From assembly GCA_965227775.1 (NCBI GenBank), contig OZ245777.1:224001-288000 (forward strand): a DNA stretch of 64,000 nt, read 5' to 3'. Each line of letters opens with the position of its first letter. Position 1 is the stretch's first letter. Below are positions 29,269-38,044 of this stretch, one piece after another. The notes beneath the pieces were generated by a model. It ran no database searches. It saw only the letters and a list, made by a program, of their open reading frames with translations, and had not been told where the DNA came from. The stretch is from Phycisphaerales bacterium. GTDB taxonomy: Bacteria; Planctomycetota; Phycisphaerae; Phycisphaerales; UBA1924. Both the position numbers and the translations under genes were made by a program.

Positions 29269-31047
29269 ATGCCCCCCCCCGCTCCCCAAAGTGCTCCCCA
29301 GATTGCCTCCGCAAGCCTTCGTGGACTCACGAAGCGGTGGCGGCTTCCCGAGCCGGCAGGAGTGCTCGATCCATCGCTGCCGCCGCTGGTCGCCCGGGTG
29401 CTGGCGACCCGACCAGCCTTGAGCGCCGCTGGCCTGGACCCCAAGCTCACGGGCCTGCACGATCCCTCGGGCATCCCCGATCTCGATCGGGCCGCGGGGA
29501 TGCTGCTCGAAGCGGGGCGGGCGGGCGAGACCATCGCGATCTACGGCGACTACGACGTCGACGGCACCACGGGCTCGGCCATCCTGCACCACATCCTGCG
29601 GGTGCTGTGCCCAGCAGCGAAGCTGCTGCACTACGTGCCCCACCGCCTGCGCGACGGGTACGGCGTGCACGCTCACGCCATCGACACGCTGGCCGGCAAT
29701 GGCGTTTCGATCATCGTGACAGTCGACTGTGGTATCACGGCCGCCGAACCCGCCCTTCGCGCGCGCGAGCTCGGTGTTCGGCTCATCATCACCGATCACC
29801 ACAATCCGCCGGCTTCGGTCGACGATCTGCCGAAAGCCGACGCCGTGGTGCACCCCGGCCGGCCCGACTCGGCCTACCCGTTCGATGGGCTGTGCGGCGC
29901 AGGCGTTGCCTTCAAGCTGGCGTGGCGCATGGCGACGCTGGCGGGCGAGGATGGGCGCGCAGCCGCCGAGCCGCGGGCACTCCTGCTCGACTTGCTGCCT
30001 CTGGCTGCGCTCGGCACCGTCGCGGACGTGTCGCCGCTGATCAATGAGAACCGGATCCTTGTCACGCACGGGCTGGCGCTCATGCGGCGAACCCGCGTGC
30101 GCGGCCTGGCGGCGCTCGCGGACCGATGCGTGCGCGAGCAGCGACCGATCAGCGTGGGCGATCTTGGCTTCCGGCTCGGCCCACGCATCAATGCCCTCGG
30201 GCGCGTGGCCGAGGCAGACGAGGCCATCGAGCTCCTGACGACCAGCGATGAGGATCGCATCGAGTCCATCTGCGACGCGATGGACGAATTGAACCAGCAG
30301 CGCCAGGCGATCGAGAAGCTGATCGTCGAGCAGGCCTGCGCCGAAGCCGAGCGGCTTGGAATGGATCGCGACGATCACCGCGCGATCGTGCTTGCCCACG
30401 AGGACTGGCATCCTGGCGTCATCGGCATCGCCTGCTCGCGTCTGGTCGAGCGTTTCAACCGGCCGACCATCCTGCTCCAGCGCGAAGGGGAACGCTGCAA
30501 GGGCAGCGGGCGGAGCATTCCGGGCTTCAACCTGCACGGCGCGGTCACGGCGTGCTCCGACTGCGTCGACTCGTTCGGCGGGCACAACGCCGCGATCGGC
30601 CTCAAGATCTCGACGAACAAGCTGGTTGCTTTCACGGACGCGCTTGTCGCGCACGCGAACGACCACATCACGGTCGACGACCTCACGCCCGAAGTCCGCA
30701 TCGATGCGGACGCGCCATTGCGCGAGCTCGATGAATCCACGGTGCACGCGCTCGAGAAGCTGGGCCCGTTCGGTAGAGGGAATCCGACGCCGCGCGTACG
30801 CCTGCGGCACGTGCGGGTCGCCCAGCCGCCGATGCTGATGGGCTCGTCCAGCTCGCACATGTCCATGCTTGTGCGCGATGAGGCGGGCGCGGTGCTGAAG
30901 CTCGTGGGCTGGGGCTGGGGCCGCCACGCCGAGCACGTCCGCAATGGAGAAACCCTGGACGTGGTGATCACGCCCAGGGTCGAGGAGTATCGCGGTCGAC
31001 GTTCGGTTCGCGGCGAGATCGCCGACGTCCGAGTGTCGGATGATTGA
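29269..31047 (+). CDS. recJ: single-stranded-DNA-specific exonuclease RecJ
   Basis: GDYDVDG, TVDCGI, ITDHH, LCGAGVA, GTVADV, PRINALGR, GSGRS, GGH, PFGRGNP. Confidence 0.96.
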   Translation: MPPPAPQSAPQIASASLRGLTKRWRLPEPAGVLDPSLPPLVARVLATRPALSAAGLDPKLTGLHDPSGIPDLDRAAGMLLEAGRAGETIAIYGDYDVDGTTGSAILHHILRVLCPAAKLLHYVPHRLRDGYGVHAHAIDTLAGNGVSIIVTVDCGITAAEPALRARELGVRLIITDHHNPPASVDDLPKADAVVHPGRPDSAYPFDGLCGAGVAFKLAWRMATLAGEDGRAAAEPRALLLDLLPLAALGTVADVSPLINENRILVTHGLALMRRTRVRGLAALADRCVREQRPISVGDLGFRLGPRINALGRVAEADEAIELLTTSDEDRIESICDAMDELNQQRQAIEKLIVEQACAEAERLGMDRDDHRAIVLAHEDWHPGVIGIACSRLVERFNRPTILLQREGERCKGSGRSIPGFNLHGAVTACSDCVDSFGGHNAAIGLKISTNKLVAFTDALVAHANDHITVDDLTPEVRIDADAPLRELDESTVHALEKLGPFGRGNPTPRVRLRHVRVAQPPMLMGSSSSHMSMLVRDEAGAVLKLVGWGWGRHAEHVRNGETLDVVITPRVEEYRGRRSVRGEIADVRVSDD

Positions 31048-31053
31048 CGGGGC

Positions 31054-32328
31054 TTACTGGCCGTCGTCGGGCACGGTCACGAACGTCTCGGCGTACTGGG
31101 CGTCGAGGGCGGCGATCATGCGGGCGACGTTCTCGTTGCTCGGGTCCAGCTTCTGAGCCGCCTCGAAGCTCGAGCGGGCCAGGCCGGGCATCTCGGCCTG
31201 CTGGGCGATGAGGCCCCGCAGGATGAGCGGCGAGGCATCGTCCTCGCTGCGTTGGATGGCCAGGTCGAGGCTCTGCAGAGCCGCGTCGAGGTCACCCATG
31301 CCTCGCTGCTGAAGAGCGCGGAGCAGGTAGCCCTCGCTGCGCTGGGGAGCCAGCGCGATAACGCGCCCGGCGGCGCGGCGCACACGCGCCATGTCGCGCA
31401 GCTGGTAGCACACGTGACCGAGCTGGATCCAGGCGTCCAGATCCTTCTCGCCGCCCTCGCCCTCGGTCAGGCTCACGAGCACGTCGCGCGCCTCAACGGG
31501 GCGATCGACCTCGACGAGGCAGCGGGCCCGCATGTGCTGCAGGTCGCGGCGATCATCGAAGCCTTCCTTGTTCATGAGCTCGGCAAGGTTGAACTCGGCC
31601 TCGGCGAAGCGACCGGCGGCCAGCTCCGAGCGGGCGAGGTCCTCGAGCACGCCGGGATCATCGGGCGCCAGGAAGCGGGCCTCGGTGAACCAGTCGGAAG
31701 CCTGCACGGCGTCACCGCGCATCATGGCGATGTGGCCGAGCGTCTGGCGGATGCCAGCGTTGTGGCGATAGAGATCGAGGCGATCCTTGAGGTAGCTCTC
31801 GGCATCATCGGTACGGCCGATGTCGATGAGCATCTCGGCGGCGGCGACGGCGTAGATGGCGCGGGCGGTGTCAAGCTCTGCGGCGGCCTGATAACGCTCC
31901 ATGGCCTTCTCCTTCTCACCAATGCGTTCGTAAGCAACGCCCAGGAAGTACTGGGTGTCGACGTCCTCGGGGTCGAGCACTTCGGCCTTACCCAACGAGT
32001 TCATCGACTGCTCGAAGTTGCCAAGCTCCATCATGATGCGCCCGCGGAGCACGTGCGATCGCACGACTCCATCGTTCAGCGCAATTGAGCGGTCGATGTG
32101 GTCCAGCGCCTTCTCGGGATCGCCCGAGAGGAATGCCTGGCGGGCCATGTCCCACTCGGTGCCGCTCTTCATGCCGGCCATGCGCTCGGCGGCGGCGTTG
32201 CGCGCCTCGGCAGAGGCGCGACCGTTGCCCGAGCACCCGGTCAGGGCCATGGCTCCCACCACCGCGCCGGCCAGGATCGAGAGCTTGGCGGCCTGCGTCA
32301 TCGTGTTCATGCGTCGTTCGTTGTGCAT
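31054..32328 (-). CDS. TPR-repeat lipoprotein (pilotin-like position next to the secretin)
   Basis: Lipobox ALTG-C followed by tandem TPR-like helical repeats. Confidence 0.85.
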   Translation of the reverse strand: MHNERRMNTMTQAAKLSILAGAVVGAMALTGCSGNGRASAEARNAAAERMAGMKSGTEWDMARQAFLSGDPEKALDHIDRSIALNDGVVRSHVLRGRIMMELGNFEQSMNSLGKAEVLDPEDVDTQYFLGVAYERIGEKEKAMERYQAAAELDTARAIYAVAAAEMLIDIGRTDDAESYLKDRLDLYRHNAGIRQTLGHIAMMRGDAVQASDWFTEARFLAPDDPGVLEDLARSELAAGRFAEAEFNLAELMNKEGFDDRRDLQHMRARCLVEVDRPVEARDVLVSLTEGEGGEKDLDAWIQLGHVCYQLRDMARVRRAAGRVIALAPQRSEGYLLRALQQRGMGDLDAALQSLDLAIQRSEDDASPLILRGLIAQQAEMPGLARSSFEAAQKLDPSNENVARMIAALDAQYAETFVTVPDDGQ

Positions 32329-32473
32329 CGTCCTGCGTCCTCTCGCGCCCGTTTCCTCGGGCTCGGGCTTCTCGACGCGTGGTTACCACACGCGTCCGGC
32401 TGCTACGTACCTTCGGCCCTTTTGAGGCCACGCTGAACCGGACGTGCACGCGCACGCCCGGGTGATGGGGTTA

Positions 32474-35400
32474 TCAGTCCTGCGACGGGTTCTCGGAAGT
32501 GTCACCGTCGCCCGAGTCAGACTCGGTCTGACCGTCGATCTCAAAGTCGGCTTCGGCCGTCTCGAGCTCGATGGTGCTGACCTCGGTGTCGGTGGTCGTC
32601 CAGCTCGTGGGCTCGGTGTACCCGTCCCGCGTCACGCTGGGCGACCACTCGAAGCTGTTGAAGCTGAGCGAGGAGAGGAGCGCCTCCTCGAACTGGTCCT
32701 CGATCTGCGTCTCGATCGGGCTCGACTCGTCGAAGTTCGGCGTGAACTCGACGGGCTCGGGCATCTCGATCTTGGCCGGAGCGCTGTACGACGAGATCGT
32801 GAGCGGTGCATTGGCGACCGTGCCGCTGCCGGCGTTGGTCACGACATTGCTGGGTGCGTTGTCGGCCTCGATCTCGCTCGCGGTCTCGGTCTCTGCTTCT
32901 GTCTGGGCTTCGGCCAGTCGGACCGCGTTCAGCGCCTCTTCCTCCGCGAGGCGCTCGGCCTCGGCGATAGCGGCGGCTTCCTCGGCTGCAGCCTTCTCGG
33001 CGGCGGCGATCGCGGCGGCCTCGGCAGCGGCGCGATCGGCCTCCTGCTTGGCGATCACGTCAAGCGGAAGCACGCGGATGACCTTGCCCTCCTCGACGAA
33101 GCCGAGGTTCTGCTGGCCGAGGACCGCGTCGAGGGTCTCCTCGAGCGACAGGCCGTAGAGCGAGGCGCTCACCGTGCCGGCAGCTTCCGGCGAGACGATG
33201 ATGCTGCGGCGGGCCTGGCTGGAGAGGTCCCGCAGGAAGGTCGGGAGCGGTGCGTCCTGCACGTTGACGTCAAAAGTGCGTGCCTCAGCGTCGTACGTGA
33301 TGGCCGGTGCCTCAGGCTCGGTCGTCGTCTCGACAACATCGCTGACGGGCTCTGCATCGGCTTCCTCGGCGGCAGCGCCGATCTCGGCCTTGGCGAGGCT
33401 GCTGATCCAATCCGAGCCCTCGAAGGCGCTCTCGCTGGTCTCGGTCTCGCTCGTCTCGTCGAGCTCGACCGCATCGTTGTCGTTGGTCTCGCGAGCGCTG
33501 GCGAGCTCGGTGTCCTCGAAGCTGGTCTCGGCCGCGGCGAGCGCCTCGGCTTCGGCGGCAACAGGGTCGACCGATTCGATCTCGTCGGTGCCCACGTCGG
33601 CTTCATCGCCGGCAGCGGTCAGAACGTCATCGGTGTCATCGATGTCATCAATGGTCTCGATGTCCGAATCGATCTCGGTGGCGACGACTTCTGTCGTCTC
33701 TTTGCCCTCGGTGCTCTGATCGGCGGCCTCGGTGAGGGCATCGATCTCGCTCTCGAGCGAAGCGCCCTCGTCGATGGTGTCGACCTGCGTGGGCTCGAAC
33801 ATGTCGCCATGCTCGTCGAGATAGAGGTCCATCTCGGTGTCGAACGTGCTGCCGAGCACGCTCATGGTCGGCCAGTCCTGTACCTTCGTGGTCAGGCGCT
33901 CGAGCAGCAGGCGTGCCTGCGGCTGGTTGGGGTTGAGCGAGAGCGAGCGGCGGACGCAGTAGAGGGCCTTCTTGGTGTTGCCCTCCGAGGCGTGCTGCTG
34001 GGCCTCGACGAGCAGACGCGAGGCCTGCTTGTCTCGGCTGAAGGGCAGCAGGCCCTCACGTGTGCCGGAGACGGCGGCGTCGATCAGGTTCTTGGCACGC
34101 TCGGCGTGCTCGGAGACGATCTGGTCGTTCACGATCGTCGGCGTGATCATGAAGATGATCTCAGCGCGATCGGTCGAGTCTTCCCGGCCGCGGAACGGCG
34201 CGCCGATGAACGGCAAGTCGGCGATCCACGGGACCTGGCGGCGGGTGTACTGCGTCCGCTCGCGGAAGAGGCCACCAAGCACGATGGTCTGACCGTCGCG
34301 GACCATGACGTTGGCCGTCAGCTCGTTGGTAGTCTCGTCGGGGATGGTCACGGCGGCGCCGCCCGAGTCGGTGGCGTCGCGGATGACGGCCTCGGACACC
34401 TGCGGCTTGAGCTCCAGGCGGATCAGTCCGTCGCGCGACACGAATGGACGGAAGTAGAGCTGGGTACCGGTATCGAGGAACTCGACGGTCTGGGTCGTAC
34501 CCGTCTGCGTCGTGGTGCTGCTCAGGTAGCCAACACGCTCACCCACGAGCACGCGGGCGGGCTGACGGTTGAGCGTGAGCACCTTCGGGCGTGCGATGAT
34601 CGTGGTGTCGGTCACCTCGTCGAGCACGCGGAGGAAGGCGGCGAAGTCGCCATCGACGTAACCGACCTTCAGCGTGGCTGGGCCGTTGGTGCGACCAACA
34701 CTCGATACCGCGCCGTTGGCGCTGCCGTTGTTGGTGCTGGGCAAGGCGGTCGGCGAACCAGACACGTCCTGGCCCTGGCCATCGATGAGGTTGTTCACGG
34801 CGTTGAGCGGGCCGCCCAGGAAGTCGCCAAAGTTCATGTTGCCGATGATCGAGAAGTCGACGCCGAAGGCGTTGTTCTCGGTCAGTGCGGCCTGGAGGAT
34901 GGTCGCCTCGACCAACACCTGGCTTGGCTTGGTATCAATCTGGACCAGCAGATCGCGGATTGCGTCGACGTTCTCCTCGAAGTCAACGACGACGATGAAG
35001 GCTTCGGTCGCCAGATCGTCGGCACCGACCGGAGCGTTATCGGGAATCTGGAAGGGCGAGGTCTTGCCCGGGGCTTTGATCTGCCCATTCTCGCTGAGCA
35101 GCGCCTGAGCGAACTCGGCGGCGTCGCTCGAGTTGATGTAGTCAAGCGGGATCACGGCGGTGGTGCGCTCGCGGCTGCTCTCGATGAGAACCTTGATCTC
35201 CTCGGCGGTGTAGACGTAGATGAAGTTTCCTTCTTCCACGTAGCCAAAGCCGTTGACGTGCAGGATGGCGTCGAGCGCCTCGTAGAAGGTCACGCCGTAG
35301 AGGGTGGCCGTGACGTTGGCGGCCACGTTCTTGCTGGCCACGATGTTTCGCTGGCTCTGGATCGAGAGGAGCTGGAGCACGTCGGCGAGGTCTTCGTCGA

Positions 35401-35650
35401 CGACGTGCAGGTCGACGATCAGGTGCTCGTCAACCTTTACCTCGCCCTGGATCGGCACGCTGGACTCGTCGCCCTTGGGCTTGCCGTCGGCTGAGATGAG
35501 TTCGGGAGTCTTCTCAAGCGAGAAGGCGTCGCCCGACTGCGCGAGCGATGCGGGGCTGCCGGCCAACGCGCCAAGCGCCGCGGCCGAGGCGGTGGTCAGC
35601 GTCACGTTCTTGCCGGACGCGGTCTGCTTGTTGCTGCTGTGAACCGTCAT
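32474..35650 (-). CDS. T2SS/type IV pilus secretin (GspD/PilQ family) with long acidic C-terminal extension
   Basis: N0 and N3 domains. QVLVEATI, PKVLTLNRQPARVLVG, VRDGQTIVLGGL, VPWIADLPFIGAPF, IIFMITPTIV. Confidence 0.93.
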   Translation of the reverse strand: MTVHSSNKQTASGKNVTLTTASAAALGALAGSPASLAQSGDAFSLEKTPELISADGKPKGDESSVPIQGEVKVDEHLIVDLHVVDEDLADVLQLLSIQSQRNIVASKNVAANVTATLYGVTFYEALDAILHVNGFGYVEEGNFIYVYTAEEIKVLIESSRERTTAVIPLDYINSSDAAEFAQALLSENGQIKAPGKTSPFQIPDNAPVGADDLATEAFIVVVDFEENVDAIRDLLVQIDTKPSQVLVEATILQAALTENNAFGVDFSIIGNMNFGDFLGGPLNAVNNLIDGQGQDVSGSPTALPSTNNGSANGAVSSVGRTNGPATLKVGYVDGDFAAFLRVLDEVTDTTIIARPKVLTLNRQPARVLVGERVGYLSSTTTQTGTTQTVEFLDTGTQLYFRPFVSRDGLIRLELKPQVSEAVIRDATDSGGAAVTIPDETTNELTANVMVRDGQTIVLGGLFRERTQYTRRQVPWIADLPFIGAPFRGREDSTDRAEIIFMITPTIVNDQIVSEHAERAKNLIDAAVSGTREGLLPFSRDKQASRLLVEAQQHASEGNTKKALYCVRRSLSLNPNQPQARLLLERLTTKVQDWPTMSVLGSTFDTEMDLYLDEHGDMFEPTQVDTIDEGASLESEIDALTEAADQSTEGKETTEVVATEIDSDIETIDDIDDTDDVLTAAGDEADVGTDEIESVDPVAAEAEALAAAETSFEDTELASARETNDNDAVELDETSETETSESAFEGSDWISSLAKAEIGAAAEEADAEPVSDVVETTTEPEAPAITYDAEARTFDVNVQDAPLPTFLRDLSSQARRSIIVSPEAAGTVSASLYGLSLEETLDAVLGQQNLGFVEEGKVIRVLPLDVIAKQEADRAAAEAAAIAAAEKAAAEEAAAIAEAERLAEEEALNAVRLAEAQTEAETETASEIEADNAPSNVVTNAGSGTVANAPLTISSYSAPAKIEMPEPVEFTPNFDESSPIETQIEDQFEEALLSSLSFNSFEWSPSVTRDGYTEPTSWTTTDTEVSTIELETAEADFEIDGQTESDSGDGDTSENPSQD

Positions 35651-35850
35651 GGTGCTGTTCCCTCGATCCGTGGTGTGTCAACGCATTGCCTGATGGTCAC
35701 GGCCCCTGCGGCTCGCCCACGGCAACATGCCCCCTATTCCTCGACACTCTGCCAAACGCACTTCCTGATCCAGTACCCCAAATCGAAACAACCGGCCAAC
35801 CTGTGCTGCGTGGGCAAGGCGTGCCGGTCGTGCGGGGTATGTGGGTTGGC

Positions 35851-36078
35851 TTAGCGTGCGCTATCGGCGGCGTTGCGCGATGCACTATCGGTCTGCGCTT
35901 GCTTTGTCTCGGGCGCGGCGTAGGCCTGTCGAGGCACATCGGTCACGAGTCGAAGGCGTAGCCAGATCAGCGCGGTAAAGAGGAGCACCGCGAGCGCAAG
36001 CCCATAGCCGGAGCGTCCGAGAAAGGCCGCGAGCGCTGTGCGAGCCGGGGGACGCGTGCTTGGTTGGGTGGTCGCCAT
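35851..36078 (-). CDS. small single-pass membrane protein in the pilin cluster
   Basis: RBS GGAGG. 75 aa with GLALAVLLFTALIWLRLRLVTDVPRQAYAAP. Confidence 0.55.
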   Translation of the reverse strand: MATTQPSTRPPARTALAAFLGRSGYGLALAVLLFTALIWLRLRLVTDVPRQAYAAPETKQAQTDSASRNAADSAR

Positions 36079-36169
36079 AGGTCGATGCCTCCGACTTGTT
36101 AAGTCGGGTCGATCACAACTGGCATTGAGTGAAAGTGCGGACGAGCCAGGCCGGAAGGAGTCTCGTGCC

Positions 36170-36694
36170 TTACTCGCGCTCGACGAGCACGCGGCCCGTG
36201 TAGGCCTCGACCGTGATGCGGAAGGTCTGGCCGATCGCATCGCGGATGAGGATGAAGCCGCCCGAGCTTGGGCGGTCTCCCGTGGCGGTCTCGACCGGAC
36301 CACCCAGCTCGTCGAAGATCAGGATGTTGTCTCCGTCGAAGTCGACATCGACGATCGCAGCCCCGGCGGTTCGATCCTCGTCGAAGAGGACTTCGTACCG
36401 GGCGCCATCGCGCGTGATGTCGAAGAGCGCGTCAACGTCCGGATCGATGACCGAGCCGCGGACCTCGCAGAGCACGTAGCGCCCCTCACCCTCGAAGAAT
36501 ACGATGGCCCGCCGCGTTTGGTATGCGACGGCGTCGCTCTGGGCAAAGGTGATATCGGACACCATCTCGCGCACGGCGGCCTGGACGCGCAGGTTGCCCG
36601 CGGAGCTCATCGACGGCACAACCATCGCGGCAGCCGTTCCGAGAATGGCCACAACGACGAGCACCTCGAGAAGCGTGTAGGCACGAGCGCGCAT
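36170..36694 (-). CDS. minor pilin/pseudopilin (GspH/FimT-like)
   Basis: RBS AAAGGAG. MRARA|YTLLEVLVVVAILG, AAVREMVSDITFAQSDA, ITVEAYTGRV. Confidence 0.88.
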   Translation of the reverse strand: MRARAYTLLEVLVVVAILGTAAAMVVPSMSSAGNLRVQAAVREMVSDITFAQSDAVAYQTRRAIVFFEGEGRYVLCEVRGSVIDPDVDALFDITRDGARYEVLFDEDRTAGAAIVDVDFDGDNILIFDELGGPVETATGDRPSSGGFILIRDAIGQTFRITVEAYTGRVLVERE

Positions 36695-36722
36695 GGAGAC
36701 TCCTTTCGTCACAGGGGGTGCA

Positions 36723-37166
36723 CTACGGCTGGCGAGGAAGCGGAACATCCTCGTCATCGAATCCCCCCGCCCAGACGCGGCCGGTCGCTGCGTCGTAAAT
36801 CCACGCGTGATCGGTCTGGTAGGTCGCGTCGGGCGCATCGCCGAACGAGATCACGCGGCGGTTCTCGCCGCCGACGTACGAGTTCACTGGCGCCGACATC
36901 AGGTAGCTGGTCGTGTCACCCACGATCTCGCCCCACGTGCCGTCGCCCTCCTCGATGGTCGGGAAGGCGTCCTCACGTGAGCGGTAGACGACGAGGTGGC
37001 GGCGAATCTTGCCCAGGTCGTAAAGCGTCGAGTTCACCTGCGACTCTTCCTGGGCCCCCACCATCTGCGGCACCACGATCGCCGCGAGAAGCGCGAGGAT
37101 CACGACTACGATGAGGATCTCGACGAGCGTGAATGCGGTGCGCACCGCGGAGACGCCGTAGGCCAT
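36723..37166 (-). CDS. type IV pilin/pseudopilin (GspG-like)
   Basis: RBS GGAGG. RTA|FTLVEILIVVVILALLAAIVVPQ, YLMSAPVN, WIYDAATGRVW. Confidence 0.9.
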   Translation of the reverse strand: MAYGVSAVRTAFTLVEILIVVVILALLAAIVVPQMVGAQEESQVNSTLYDLGKIRRHLVVYRSREDAFPTIEEGDGTWGEIVGDTTSYLMSAPVNSYVGGENRRVISFGDAPDATYQTDHAWIYDAATGRVWAGGFDDEDVPLPRQP

Positions 37167-37254
37167 TTCGCGAAACCTCCGTCCAACCTGCAACCGAAAG
37201 GCCCGATCTGGGTGTTACCCCAGAACGGGCGAAGAGTCATGCAATCAGGCCGAT

Positions 37255-37716
37255 TTACGGCTCGATCCAACCGCCGGTGACCTCGTCGAAGCCATTCATC
37301 CAGATGCGGCCGGTAGCTTCGTCGTAGACCCAACCGTCGTCGCCCTGGGCAACGGCAGCGGCAGGCGCGTCCACGCCAGCAACCACGGTGGCGGTGCCGG
37401 TGCGGGGGTTCTGCGGGGCCACGCGGAGGTAGTCCGCGTTGACGATGCTCAGCCAGCCGCCGGCCGGCTCGGTGAGCGGATCGGCCGCGTCACCATCGAA
37501 GATGTCATCCAGAGCCGGGGGGGTGCCGTTGTTGCGAACGCGGAACAGCTCGATCTGGTTGCGAACCGTCTGGAGCTGGCTCTCCGCGCTGCTCACCTGA
37601 GCATCCTCGCTGGCGCTGGTAAACTGGGGAATGACGATCGCGGCCAGGATGCCGAGGATCACCACAACGATCAGAATTTCAACAAGCGTAAACGCCTTAC
37701 GAACCTGTGCGCGCAT
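37255..37716 (-). CDS. type IV pilin/pseudopilin (probable major subunit)
   Basis: RBS AGGAGG. RKA|FTLVEILIVVVILGILAAIVIPQF, YLRVAPQNP, GWVYDEATGRIW. Confidence 0.92.
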   Translation of the reverse strand: MRAQVRKAFTLVEILIVVVILGILAAIVIPQFTSASEDAQVSSAESQLQTVRNQIELFRVRNNGTPPALDDIFDGDAADPLTEPAGGWLSIVNADYLRVAPQNPRTGTATVVAGVDAPAAAVAQGDDGWVYDEATGRIWMNGFDEVTGGWIEP

Positions 37717-37990
37717 CTTGCGTGCCCTCCTAGGTACCCGCCGCCCGAGCTCTCGCCGAACCCTTCGGCATCGCGTCGTCACGCTCGCGCGGGCGACCCT
37801 CTGTCACGGTCCTCGCCGGACACCATGTCCGCCGAAGCCAAGACCAGCATCGGATTCGCGCGTCGGTCGATCCGGCTCGCGTGCGTCGTCGAGCGAGAAT
37901 CGGCACCGGTCGTATGGGTCGTGACGGATGGGGCACGCGCAGACAGGCAGATACGGGTTATCGACCCTGGTTTGGCGTGAAATGCGCATC

Positions 37991-38015
37991 AAAAAGCCCG
38001 GGCTCGAGCCCGGGC
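37991..38015 (-). terminator. intrinsic terminator of the HEAT-repeat gene
   Basis: GCCCGGGC-TCGA-GCCCGGGC followed by TTTTT on the minus strand, about 30 nt after the stop. Confidence 0.8.
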
Positions 38016-38044
38016 ATTACTTCAAGCTGGTGAACTTCTACCTG

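Noticed and set aside
32444..35494. 1016-aa + strand ORF, and similar long ORFs at 2044..4527, 19302..21428, 37928..40258, 43618..45957 and 61778..63742
   Set aside because: They lie antisense to well-supported genes, have no recognisable motifs, and are expected stop-poor shadows in GC-rich DNA.
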